This document shows positions 48,816 through 59,226 of a stretch of 64,000 nucleotides of DNA, in pieces. A program made the position numbers and the translations under genes. The stretch comes from Candidatus Bathyarchaeota archaeon (GTDB lineage Archaea; Thermoproteota; CALKCG01; B24; DRYS01): contig JAGTQC010000002.1 of NCBI GenBank assembly GCA_018396535.1, positions 71,152 to 135,151 of the forward strand, in the 5' to 3' direction. Under the pieces are notes generated by a model. It had not been told where the DNA came from and did no database searches. It worked only from the letters and a program-made list of their open reading frames with translations. The first letter of the stretch is position 1, and the number at the start of each line of letters is the position of its first letter.

Positions 48816-49467
48816 AATACTCATACAGCTACTCCTACTATCACTAGCGATAGCTACCGTACACCCCATCTACACCGAATCTAAGGATAAGCTTATCTCA
48901 ATACTATGCATCGATTCGGTAGGCGAACCAGTAGTAAACGCTATCGTAAAGATAGGTAGGGAGGGCGAAATCCTATATACCGGAGTTACAAACTCCTCAG
49001 GATTCCTTCCTAAACCTATACCGAGAGGCATCTACCACATCGAGGTAGAATCGAGAAACCGCACCATATACTCAGGTATGGTCTACGCTCAAGATGATAT
49101 CGTTAAGATACTATGCGAAGTGTATAAGCTAACCATCATCGTCAACTACCTAGACATCATACCTATAGTAAACGCGAAAATCACTATCATAGATACAGAG
49201 TATGGCAGGATAGTATATAGCGTAGATAAGCTTAGAATACCCTACGGCTTCTACATCTTCTCAGCTGAAATATCTACCAAGCTTCCTAAAGGCGTATATG
49301 AAGTAGTAGTCGAATCTCTCAATTCAGAGATTGGAAGGGTAGCCCTCACAGATAATTCAACTATTAGATTTACAAATGTGGTATCTTTAGACTCGATATT
49401 ATTTATAGCATTACTGATATCTACTATAATCTCACTAATACTATTCATCTTAACTATTAGACGATAA
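48802..49467 (+). CDS. Exported beta-rich protein with N-terminal signal and C-terminal TM anchor
   Basis: 221 aa with a hydrophobic N-terminus, carboxypeptidase-regulatory/Ig-like beta-strand pattern, and a C-terminal 'ILFIALLISTIISLILFILTI' anchor. Overlaps the T-component stop. Confidence 0.35.
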   Translation: MECYRILIQLLLLSLAIATVHPIYTESKDKLISILCIDSVGEPVVNAIVKIGREGEILYTGVTNSSGFLPKPIPRGIYHIEVESRNRTIYSGMVYAQDDIVKILCEVYKLTIIVNYLDIIPIVNAKITIIDTEYGRIVYSVDKLRIPYGFYIFSAEISTKLPKGVYEVVVESLNSEIGRVALTDNSTIRFTNVVSLDSILFIALLISTIISLILFILTIRR

Positions 49468-49499
49468 CCTTATATAACTCACATCATAAGAACTAAATC

Positions 49500-50303
49500 G
49501 TGTCTATAAAAACCACTAGGAGAATAGAACTCTGGACACCGAGAAGAGTAACTAGAGCAGCGATAATAGGAGCATTATCCGGTGCTACATCACTTATACC
49601 CGTCCCGGTTATGCCAGGCATGACCCTAGATCCTGCTATACCAGCATTCGCAGCCGTATACTACGGGCCATTCGAAGCATACTGGGGCTACGCTATAGGC
49701 CAGCTTATCAGATCCCTTATAAGAGATCCAGGCGTACTTATGATAAATCCTCTAAACTTCATGTTTGGAACACCATTCTTCATGATAATCATAGCATGGC
49801 TTGTCAGAGTGGTGAAATACCCATGGAACATCCCTGCTAGCATAGCTCTAGGCATCCTCATGCATATGCTCTCCTACGCTATACCAGGCTGTATAATAAC
49901 CTATGGCTGGGCTGTCTTCCCGACATGCTTCATACTTCAGATGATCGGCTGCGCTATAGTCATATCCGTCTGCCTAATAATAGCTTTGGGAGGAGCAGTC
50001 TATATGTGGAGGATACGTAGACAACCCATGTTCCCACATAGATTCATAGATAAGGATGAGGAATTCTCGATAGCGAGTAAGGGGAGGATACTAGCATCAG
50101 CTATAGCCGCCGTAATCCTATTCATCATCCCATACATCTTCCTAGCAACACCCTACTCCTCTGATAGATACCTTGGACCACCAGAATCCCCTCTACGCAG
50201 ATACATAGATGCCTATATAAGGCATCCAATGACTGCAGGCTTAGGCTGGCTATGCTGGGAGCTATACAAGAAGCATGGGGAATGGTTTAAGATAACAGAG
50301 TAG
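49500..50303 (+). CDS. Polytopic membrane protein, possible ECF substrate-capture (S) component
   Basis: 267 aa, six hydrophobic helices, Gly/Pro-rich first helix. It sits last in the ECF operon. Substrate unknown. Confidence 0.4.
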   Translation: MSIKTTRRIELWTPRRVTRAAIIGALSGATSLIPVPVMPGMTLDPAIPAFAAVYYGPFEAYWGYAIGQLIRSLIRDPGVLMINPLNFMFGTPFFMIIIAWLVRVVKYPWNIPASIALGILMHMLSYAIPGCIITYGWAVFPTCFILQMIGCAIVISVCLIIALGGAVYMWRIRRQPMFPHRFIDKDEEFSIASKGRILASAIAAVILFIIPYIFLATPYSSDRYLGPPESPLRRYIDAYIRHPMTAGLGWLCWELYKKHGEWFKITE

Positions 50304-50329
50304 ATCTAGGGATAGATGTATAGCATTAC

Positions 50330-51838
50330 CTAGACATCATCCCTTACAATCTTCAAAGCTAACAATCTAGCAGCAGCTTCAAACTCCCATCTTAAATCCC
50401 CTATGAATGATACCTTATGCCAGCCGAATATGCTTTGATCATGCTTCTCCAATATCCTACCAGCATCATCCTCCACAACCAGCTTATCCCTACACGCCTT
50501 CTCATCCTCTATTAAACCTAAACTCCTACCATAACGGATACATATCGATCTATGGAGAACACTAACCTTAACAGTTGTAACAGGTTCACCTTTCGGAAAC
50601 CTAACTATAGGAGATGCTCCTATAAAGTGCGCCTCACCATGCCTATCTATACAATAGCTTAGAGGAGGCTCACGGCATCCATAGAGTCTAGTAGGTGATG
50701 TACAATGTAGATAGATAACCCTGTTACCAGCTAGATCTAGACAGTAGTTCCCGACCATACCTGGACGATCAGCTAGATACATACCTAGAAGAAGTGTAAC
50801 AGCTGAATCCATATCAGCTTCACATACAGCTACTATCCCCTCATCGTTAAGCTTAGAGAAGGCCATGCATGGCAGTATAGGCATCTTACCTGATAACAGT
50901 ACTGGGAAGCATTCAATACCGATAGCATCGCATCCTCTATCTCTGAGAAGATTCTTCAACGCTAGGTAAAGCCTAGCCGCACATACTATAGGATAACGGG
51001 CCACCCTGTTCTCCTCAGCCTCCCTTATCCATCCATCAGCTACACCTTCAGCCTCCTCTACACTAACAGCCTCCCAGTAATCTAGAAGTTCACCAGGATC
51101 TATCCTAACAAGCTCTAAACCAAAGATATCCTTTAAATTGCTTCTATAAAGATCCTCATTCCTCCTCCATTGTAAAGCCTGATCCACACCATGAACATCG
51201 ACAGCGAAGCTATCCGGGAAGATATAGTACTTGATAAGCATATCCCTAACCTCTACCGGCAACCCCTCAGCCTCCAGCATCCCAACCATCCTCCTCCTAT
51301 CCTCCTCGCTTCTCGAAACCTCAGCTTCATCAAAGGTAACCACTAGAATCCTCCTCCCCCTCATATCGTACAGCCTCTTCATAACCTCCAAAGCTCTCTC
51401 TACATCCTCAAAATTTGGTGAAGATACAGGGAGAACGGGGAGACCCCTACCTCTAACCCTCTCATAGATCCTTATAAACCCCCAATCCCCACCATACATA
51501 AAGCTAGCTAGTATCGTAGGCTTACCTATCTCTATAGCTTCAACTCCTATATCATCTATCGTAGGGTTTGTCCCATAATTACCCACGACATATAGAAGAA
51601 GACCATCAGACTCTCTTACCCCCTTCTTAATTTCCCAACTATCCTCACGACTATACCTCCAGATAACCCTACCCCCTGTGAACTCTACATCAGGAAACCT
51701 TACCCTTAACCTCTCAACTATGGATTTACATAACCCACCCTCATCGTATCCTATATAGGGCCAACCAGGCCCCCATCTACCCTTACCTAGAAAAAGAACG
51801 TATACCTTCATACGTATCGACGTATACCATACATCCAA
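50330..51838 (-). CDS. Putative sugar isomerase (L-fucose/L-arabinose isomerase-like, tentative)
   Basis: 502 aa. The N-terminal 'KVYVLFLG...' Rossmann-like start resembles the FucI/AraA N-domain. Heads a minus-strand cluster with a TIM-barrel sugar isomerase, GH4, GH29 and GH31. Assignment is by context and weak similarity. Confidence 0.3.
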   Translation of the reverse strand: MDVWYTSIRMKVYVLFLGKGRWGPGWPYIGYDEGGLCKSIVERLRVRFPDVEFTGGRVIWRYSREDSWEIKKGVRESDGLLLYVVGNYGTNPTIDDIGVEAIEIGKPTILASFMYGGDWGFIRIYERVRGRGLPVLPVSSPNFEDVERALEVMKRLYDMRGRRILVVTFDEAEVSRSEEDRRRMVGMLEAEGLPVEVRDMLIKYYIFPDSFAVDVHGVDQALQWRRNEDLYRSNLKDIFGLELVRIDPGELLDYWEAVSVEEAEGVADGWIREAEENRVARYPIVCAARLYLALKNLLRDRGCDAIGIECFPVLLSGKMPILPCMAFSKLNDEGIVAVCEADMDSAVTLLLGMYLADRPGMVGNYCLDLAGNRVIYLHCTSPTRLYGCREPPLSYCIDRHGEAHFIGASPIVRFPKGEPVTTVKVSVLHRSICIRYGRSLGLIEDEKACRDKLVVEDDAGRILEKHDQSIFGWHKVSFIGDLRWEFEAAARLLALKIVRDDV

Positions 51839-51846
51839 TATAAGAT

Positions 51847-52734
51847 TTACTCGATCGTAACCCAGGGACAGGTATTCCTCAAAACATCTAGAGATCTCTT
51901 CGAATCTCTAAGCGAAAGCTCGAAGACTATAGGCCCCCTAAACCCCTTAAATTGCAGATACTTCATAAACTCTACTAGCGGTAGATCGCCTTCACCTAAC
52001 GGTAGATGATCCCTCCTGATAGCTAGCCCATGCTCTACCCTGAAGAAGCCATCATGCAGATGTATCTCGATAAGCCTATCGTAATGCTTATCAAGGAAAT
52101 CCATAATCGAAAGCTCATCCGAGAAGCCTGCTAACAGATGCCCGGTATCCAAGCATATAGATAGATCGAATCTATCTATAGCTTCCCTCGTAAGATCGAA
52201 CGGGAATTCCACATTCTCCACAGCTATCTTCCGTGAAGGAATATCTATCTTCGATACTATCTCCTCTAAGCTTCGTATAGAATTTGATAGCATACCCTTA
52301 TTGACTATATATTTGTAAGATCTAGGGATATTAAGCCTAGTAAACTCTGATGCAAGAGCCCCTGTAATATGGATCACATAGCATTCAGGGTTAAGATCCT
52401 TAGCTAACTCTATAGAGTGGACCATACTCTCTACAGACCCCCTCCTAACGAACGGGTTTGGAGAAGCAAGCTCTACGCTCCATAACGGTAGATGAACACT
52501 ATAGGTGATACCTAAACTCTCACCTAGATCGATAAGCTTTCTAAAAGTATCCTTTTTTAGAGATCCAGGAAGTATGTATTCTATATCCATAGTTAACTCT
52601 ACATGGCGGAATCCCTCCATCACGGATGTTATACAGAAATCTGGGAAGCTGAATTTCGATAGATCAACCGAGAATCCATCTACTATCCTCTGCATAACAT
52701 CGAGGAATTGGAGAGGCTGTACACCAAACCTCAA
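51847..52734 (-). CDS. Sugar phosphate isomerase/epimerase (xylose-isomerase-like TIM barrel)
   Basis: 'HVIHITG', 'IAVENVEFP', 'ICLDTGHLLA' and 'IEIHLHDGF' metal-binding blocks of AP-endonuclease-2/xylose-isomerase-like TIM barrels. Confidence 0.65.
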   Translation of the reverse strand: MRFGVQPLQFLDVMQRIVDGFSVDLSKFSFPDFCITSVMEGFRHVELTMDIEYILPGSLKKDTFRKLIDLGESLGITYSVHLPLWSVELASPNPFVRRGSVESMVHSIELAKDLNPECYVIHITGALASEFTRLNIPRSYKYIVNKGMLSNSIRSLEEIVSKIDIPSRKIAVENVEFPFDLTREAIDRFDLSICLDTGHLLAGFSDELSIMDFLDKHYDRLIEIHLHDGFFRVEHGLAIRRDHLPLGEGDLPLVEFMKYLQFKGFRGPIVFELSLRDSKRSLDVLRNTCPWVTIE

Positions 52735-52747
52735 TACATACCACCGA

Positions 52748-54033
52748 TCAGCTCAGCCAAGGTATCCACTTAGCTTCAGCTTTAAACATCTCGTTAACCA
52801 TCTCCTCGATCTCTCTAGGTGTTAGAATAGCCGATGTTAGAGGATCGAACATTATAGCTTCTACAACAGCGGTCCTATCCTTCTCTAAAGCTGCTTTAAC
52901 AGCTAGCTCCTGGACGTTTATATTAGTCCTGTTCAAAGCTGCACATTGAGGGGGGAGATCCCCAACGTAGCATGGATGGATACCCCCTCTATCCACCATA
53001 CAGGGTACCTCTACACAGCATCCATATGGAAGGTTAGTTATCAACCCTCTATTCTCGACATTACCGTTTATACGGCATACCCTACCCGTCTCCATAGAGT
53101 ATATTACATCTATACCGTATTCATCTGATCTGTTAATCTCTATAGGCTCCTCCCCTCTTATCTGCCTCTCTATACGTTCAAAATGCGGCTTCCAGCGGGT
53201 CTTACATATCTCTAGGTAGAACCATCTAGGTTCACAGTATCTTCTACGTCTCTCCTCGTTGGTCCTGAAGTATGGGATGTACTCGCTTAGATGATGACTC
53301 GACTCTGTTATAAAGTATCCGAGATACTTCATCATCTCGAATCGAACCTTATCCTTCTCGTATATCTCCCTATTCTCCATAGCCTTCCAGAGTAGTGGGT
53401 ACGCATCCCTACCTCTATACTTGAATTCTAGGAAGAAAGCTTGGTGATTAATACCAGCAACCCAGTAGTAGACATCCTCGTATGGCACTCCTATATAGCC
53501 TGCTAGAGTCCTCGCCGTCCCCTGAACACTATGACATAACCCTACATTCCTTATCTTAGTAGCTCTATTCATAGCCCAGCAGTTGATCGCCATAGGGTTA
53601 GCATAGTTTATCAGAAGGGCATCCGGGCATAGATCCTCCATATCGTAGCATATATCTAGTAGAACAGGTATGGTTCTAAGCCCTCTAAAAACACCTCCAG
53701 GACCTATAGTATCACCAACCTCCTGGTTTACACCATACTTTAAGGGTATGTATATATCATACTCGAAAGCCTCCAACCCACCTACCTGGATCATCACTAT
53801 AACATAATCCGCTCCATCTAAAGCCTCTCTCCGATCTAGAGTCGATTGTATCTTCAAGCCTGACGCATACTTAGAGGCAAGCGTATATGCAAACCTCGTT
53901 ATCACATTAAGACGCTCAGCATCTATATCCATAAGGGATATCGTGGAGTTTCTAAGCTCGGGATGATACACTATATCCGTGAGTAGACGACTAGCAAAAA
54001 CAACGCTTCCAGCACCGATGAAGACTATCTTAG
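52748..54033 (-). CDS. Glycoside hydrolase family 4 (second paralogue)
   Basis: 'GLCHSVQG' Cys-His motif, 'NYANPMAI', 'VLLDICYDME'. The ORF-track start (53971) lacks the Rossmann N-terminus. The same frame upstream encodes 'AKIVFIGAGSVVFASRLLTDIVYHPE', so the real start lies about 54000-54035 with a non-ATG initiator. Confidence 0.75.
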
Positions 54034-54352
54034 CCGTGAAACATACACCTCCACAAACAATATAGAGGTAGCAGCTTTACCTGATTTAAATAATTCCTAA
54101 ACACTCCATTAAGTAACGCATATAGATTAGTTTAGCTAAGAGAATTAGGCTATAACCATCATCCTCATCTATTCTAGAATACAAAATCGATATATTACTA
54201 GCGAACGTAGAATAATCCATGAGTCTATCCTAGAATACATCTCATATCCTCAAACCTCAAATAAACCTATACCAGTACCGCCTACCGATACATCCACACA
54301 GATTATGTATAATCCGCTTCAGGCTCTAAGCAACTCTACATAAGGTTACACT

Positions 54353-55891
54353 CTACTTCTCTCTAAGCTTCCTAACCAGTATCCTAGATACTACTATACC
54401 TTTCACAGTCTGGCTAGGTATCTCTATCCTAAGAGCTTCATCCTCATAGCTCCACCTAGGCTTCTCCCTTAACCCAACTATATCTACGTCTAATATTTCT
54501 TCATCCTCATCTATCAGTCTCAGGTTTCTAGCTAGAGATCTAAAGCTTATAACTCTAGATCCGTTAGACCCTACCGGGTATATAGCATATACTACACTAC
54601 CCGTAGGATATAGATCCCTCGCCGTATATCGTACATCACCTTCTACGAATCTAACACCCCTCTCTGTGAAGAATCCTCCTCTACCTATACGTGTAGGCCC
54701 CTCACCGTAGACCCTCCATACTCTTGTACCGTATATAGCCTCCCCATATAGCTTAAGCCATCCACCTATACTAGATAATATCTTCCTCTGCTCTTCCGGT
54801 ATCACCCCATCCGGGGATGGGCCTATATTCAGTAGGAATACACCATTCTTACTTACAACATCCACCATATGCCATATTATGCTTTCAGGAGTCTTATACT
54901 CTGCATCCCTTATATAACCCCAAGATCTATAATCTACCGATGTATCAGCTAGCCATGGCGAGGATCTAAGCCTAAGTATAGTCCCTCTCTCAGCTAGATC
55001 AGGTATAGCAGCTCCATCTGGGAAAGCCCCATGCTTATACACTATGACAGGTTCAAACCCCCAGCTTTCACATCTATTATAGTAGTATGCTGCGAAAGCC
55101 TTCAGGTACGGCTCAAACGCAGGATTAGCTATCCACCAATCGAAGTAAACTAATCTAGGCCTATACTTCTCTACCACCTCAACTATTCTTAATAACCAAT
55201 CCATCAGGAATTCATCATCCGGAGGTATGTTATCTGGTCCTACAGGAGCTCTAGGATCTGTAGATGCAGGCTTAGCTGGACCGTATAAATCCATATACCT
55301 AGGATCGTTCACATCTGAATCTATACGTGTACCAGGTTCGAAAAACCACCAATGCTCAGCTCTATGATACGATACACCGAATATAAGCCCCACCCTCTCG
55401 ACAGCTTCCTTCAACTCTCCAATTATATCCCTTCTAGGACCTATCTTAGATGCACACCATCTAGTATACCTAGAATCCCATAGAGCATAGCCATCATGAT
55501 GCTCCGCTACGGGTACTACGAATCTAGCACCCGATTCTTTGAATAATCTAGCCCAACTATCTGGATCCCAATTAGCAGCTGTAAACATGGGTATGAAATC
55601 CTTATAACCGAAATCCTTCGGCGTACCGAAGTTTCTATTGTGGAAATCGTATTCAGGTTTACCAGGCATATACATGTGTCTAGGATACCATTCATTACCA
55701 TACGCTGGGACGGAGTATACACCCCAATGTATGAATATACCTAGCTTGGAATCTACAAACCATGACGGAACCCTATAATTCTTAAGAGAGCTCCATGAAG
55801 GCTCATAGGATCCGCTTGTAGGAGCAGGTATACTCTTGAATATATCGTATGGATCAACCATGATATACACCTTCACTTGACTATGTAACAT
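54353..55891 (-). CDS. Alpha-L-fucosidase (glycoside hydrolase family 29)
   Basis: 'SWFVDSKLGIFIHWGVYSVPAYGNEWY' and 'HHDGYALWDS' are signature GH29 blocks. 512 aa. Confidence 0.85.
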   Translation of the reverse strand: MLHSQVKVYIMVDPYDIFKSIPAPTSGSYEPSWSSLKNYRVPSWFVDSKLGIFIHWGVYSVPAYGNEWYPRHMYMPGKPEYDFHNRNFGTPKDFGYKDFIPMFTAANWDPDSWARLFKESGARFVVPVAEHHDGYALWDSRYTRWCASKIGPRRDIIGELKEAVERVGLIFGVSYHRAEHWWFFEPGTRIDSDVNDPRYMDLYGPAKPASTDPRAPVGPDNIPPDDEFLMDWLLRIVEVVEKYRPRLVYFDWWIANPAFEPYLKAFAAYYYNRCESWGFEPVIVYKHGAFPDGAAIPDLAERGTILRLRSSPWLADTSVDYRSWGYIRDAEYKTPESIIWHMVDVVSKNGVFLLNIGPSPDGVIPEEQRKILSSIGGWLKLYGEAIYGTRVWRVYGEGPTRIGRGGFFTERGVRFVEGDVRYTARDLYPTGSVVYAIYPVGSNGSRVISFRSLARNLRLIDEDEEILDVDIVGLREKPRWSYEDEALRIEIPSQTVKGIVVSRILVRKLREK

Positions 55892-55913
55892 AGATATAGC
55901 AATTTAAATAGTT

Positions 55914-58169
55914 CTAGGATATTTTCACCTCAACCTCCTTTCCATCATATTTAACCACCCTATCAGGTATAACAGTCTCCTCAACACCGATACCATATCC
56001 ATCCCTAACGAATACTATATGGAAGGATCTCTCCCTTAACATACCAGGATAGCCCCCCTCCCTCGCACCTATAATCAACCTACCTTCATCTTCAAGCCAT
56101 GTAATAGGGGTTAGGCTATATTCACCCCTCTCGTAGCTATATGTTTCTCCATCATCTTCGTATAACGTGAAGCTAGCATCAGCTCCACGGTATACTCTAA
56201 CCTCTATAGGGTTCCAAGGCTTCTCCTTCGCATACTGTAGCGGCGGAGCCATAGGTATTATAGATCCAGCTTTAACATGGAGCGGGATTATGTCTATAGG
56301 CGTAGGTGTTTCGATCCATACCCCTCCATTCATATGTCTTCCAGTCCAGAAATCGTACCACCCACATATACTCCTAGGTAGATAGATCCACCTAGCCTTA
56401 ATCTTGGGAAGGGTTACAGGACTAACCATTATAGCGGATCCAAACATATACTGGTCATCTATATCGGCTACCCTAGTATCCATTCTGAAATCCATTATTA
56501 ACGGTCTCATAAACGTATAGCCTTCCTTCGTAACCCTCCATGCATGAGAATATATGTATGGTAGCAGCCTATACCTCAACCTGATATACTTAACAAGTAT
56601 CCTCTCATACTCTGATCCAAACCTCCAAGGCTCCTTAGCATACGTCGTCCCATGCACTCTGAAAATAGGGCAGAAGGAGCCCCACTGAAACCATCTGGCG
56701 AATATTTCCCTATACGAGTCGGTCTCAGGGTTACCGCTAAAGAACCCGCCTATATCTGTAGTCCAGTATGGTATGCCTGAGATAGAGAAGTTCAACCCTG
56801 CAGCTATCTGCTCCCTAAGTATACCCCAATCGTGGCATATATCCCCAGACCATGTTATAGCCGAATATCTCTGCTGACCTGTGAAAGCTGATCTAGTAAG
56901 TATAACTACACGTTTATCCGAGATGCTACGCTGCCCTTCATAGACGGCTCTAGTCGTCATAAGCGAGTATGCGTTCAGATACCTAGCACCCGAACCTATA
57001 GCCGTAGTCGATGAATGGAATGGTGTATAGAACGAAGCCCATCCTACACCAGTCTCGGGTTCTGTCGCATCAAGCCACCATCCATCCACGCCTATATCGA
57101 AGAAGCTTCTCCTAATATACTCCCAATACAATTTCCTAGCCTCCTCGTTGAAGGGATCATAGCATCTAGTACCAGGGCATATGAATCCTCTACTCTCCAT
57201 ATCCTTATAGATATCCGTCTCCTCACCGAATATCGGCCATATGGAGATTAAAATACGTATGCCAAGCTCATGTAGATCCTTAACCATCCCAGCTGGATCT
57301 GGGAAGGATTCCTCATCGAACTTAAAGGCATTCCATCCATATTTACCCCAATATTTCCAATCCAATACTATGATATCGATAGGTATACCTTTACTCCTAA
57401 AGGTTCTAGCAACCTCTAGAATCTCATCCTGAGTCTTATATCTCTCCTTAGATTGCCAGAATCCATAAGCCCATATCGGTAGTAGAGGTGGATCACCAGT
57501 TAGCTTACGATAGGATGATATCACATCATCTATACTTGGGCCATAGATTAGATAGTAGTCTATAGCATCCGAAGCTTCAGACCAAAACTTAATCTTACCA
57601 AAACCGTTATCGGCGAAGTTTTCGAATCGAGTCATAGAGTAGTTATCCCATAGTATACCGTAGCCTCTACTAGATACTAGGAATGGTATAGCTACATCCC
57701 AATTCCTCTGTATAAGCGTGATACTACGACCCCTATAATCGAATATACCTGGATGCTGCCCTAATCCATAGAATCTCTCATCCATAGATACTCTGAAGGT
57801 TTGTTCTACACTATAAGTCTCCCCATCGGGTAGCTCGATAGAGGTTAGTGATCTAGAATCCTCGACGATAATCGGGGATCCATACAGGTCGTAGAACTCT
57901 ATAAGCCCAGTATCAAGATCTACCGATGCCTTCAACTTATCGGTGGCTACCGTAATCCTGGAAGGCTCCCTTCGTATCTTCCAATCAACCTGTTTCAAAG
58001 ATGTATTAATAACCGATAGACTGCTATCCCCGGGTAGCTTAGAGCTTAGAGTATAGGTTACACGTATAACGTTATCGCTACAGATCTGCAGCCTCATCCT
58101 ACCCTCTGGATGCATATAGAACGTAATCTCCCTTAATCCTCTACTATAGGATTTTACAGTAAATGGCAA
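55914..58169 (-). CDS. Glycoside hydrolase family 31 (alpha-xylosidase/alpha-glucosidase, YicI-like)
   Basis: 'GIPIDIIVLDWKYW', catalytic-nucleophile block 'GVDGWWLDATEPE', acid/base block 'GIPYWTTDIGGF', and 'FRVHG'. 751 aa. Confidence 0.85.
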   Translation of the reverse strand: MPFTVKSYSRGLREITFYMHPEGRMRLQICSDNVIRVTYTLSSKLPGDSSLSVINTSLKQVDWKIRREPSRITVATDKLKASVDLDTGLIEFYDLYGSPIIVEDSRSLTSIELPDGETYSVEQTFRVSMDERFYGLGQHPGIFDYRGRSITLIQRNWDVAIPFLVSSRGYGILWDNYSMTRFENFADNGFGKIKFWSEASDAIDYYLIYGPSIDDVISSYRKLTGDPPLLPIWAYGFWQSKERYKTQDEILEVARTFRSKGIPIDIIVLDWKYWGKYGWNAFKFDEESFPDPAGMVKDLHELGIRILISIWPIFGEETDIYKDMESRGFICPGTRCYDPFNEEARKLYWEYIRRSFFDIGVDGWWLDATEPETGVGWASFYTPFHSSTTAIGSGARYLNAYSLMTTRAVYEGQRSISDKRVVILTRSAFTGQQRYSAITWSGDICHDWGILREQIAAGLNFSISGIPYWTTDIGGFFSGNPETDSYREIFARWFQWGSFCPIFRVHGTTYAKEPWRFGSEYERILVKYIRLRYRLLPYIYSHAWRVTKEGYTFMRPLIMDFRMDTRVADIDDQYMFGSAIMVSPVTLPKIKARWIYLPRSICGWYDFWTGRHMNGGVWIETPTPIDIIPLHVKAGSIIPMAPPLQYAKEKPWNPIEVRVYRGADASFTLYEDDGETYSYERGEYSLTPITWLEDEGRLIIGAREGGYPGMLRERSFHIVFVRDGYGIGVEETVIPDRVVKYDGKEVEVKIS

Positions 58170-58264
58170 ACCTAATCCAACACCCCGATCATAACGTAGA
58201 TCAGATTACTATATAATAATCTTATGGCTGACTATGTACGTCTTAAAAGGAATAATTGTCGGAT

Positions 58265-59122
58265 TTATAATTCGAGAAGGATTATACCGATCGATGCTAG
58301 TAGTATAGCTATCCATATCCATATGCTCAGCTTCTCTCTTAGAGAGATGTTTGCTGCTAGAGCTGAGATTATAGGCTGTATACCAGTTATAACGGTAGCT
58401 CTACCAGCTCCTATAAGCCTTATACTCTCAAGGTATAGTGTCGTACCTAGGGATAACCCTGTTAAACCTGATAACGAGCCCCATAACAATAACCTAGCAT
58501 TTCTAAGCTTACCCATGCTACGTCTACATATAGGTAGCATAGCTAAAGCTAGTATAGGGAATCTGTAGGCGTTACCTATCAGCGGATCTACACTCCTAAC
58601 ACCTATAGATACGAAGGTTACAGCTATAGACCATAGAAGAGCTGAGACTAAGGATAAAACCACCCCCTCAAAATATTGATTCGAACCATTCCTAGATTCC
58701 TCTCCCGATAACGCTACTATTATTGATGCTGAAACTACCAGTACACCCCCGATCACGTTAACCAGTGTTATACTCTCGTTGAGTAAAAAAGCTGAGATTA
58801 ACAATACGATTAACGGATGTACCGATGATACTGCTACACCACGTGAAACTCCTATAGCATCTATACCCTTGAAGAATACCGTATCCCCGATCCCTATACC
58901 TATAACCGTAGCCGCTAGCAGTAGGAGGAAGCCATATAAGTCTAACTGAAAGATAAACCCTCCACGTAGGATGGGTAGTATTAGGATTAAGGTTAGAGAA
59001 CCTGATATACTACGTACCATATTCAACTCTATAGCCGTAGCATACCTTAAAGCTCTTTTAGAAAATACAGGTGTTAGAGCCCATAGTATAGCCGTGGATA
59101 GCGCTAAAGCCTCTCCTAACAT
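58265..59122 (-). CDS. EamA/DMT-superfamily transporter
   Basis: 10 TM segments in a 4+1/4+1 duplicated pattern. EamA-like 'ALTPVFSKRAL' start. 285 aa. Confidence 0.7.
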   Translation of the reverse strand: MLGEALALSTAILWALTPVFSKRALRYATAIELNMVRSISGSLTLILILPILRGGFIFQLDLYGFLLLLAATVIGIGIGDTVFFKGIDAIGVSRGVAVSSVHPLIVLLISAFLLNESITLVNVIGGVLVVSASIIVALSGEESRNGSNQYFEGVVLSLVSALLWSIAVTFVSIGVRSVDPLIGNAYRFPILALAMLPICRRSMGKLRNARLLLWGSLSGLTGLSLGTTLYLESIRLIGAGRATVITGIQPIISALAANISLREKLSIWIWIAILLASIGIILLEL

Positions 59123-59226
59123 AGCTTAAACCAGCTCGATAAGCTATCCTAAATTTAACGTTTACTTATGGAAGTTGGAAACCTATAAATCAAGGATGTG
59201 TGGTATATCCTAGTTTTTGATATGCT

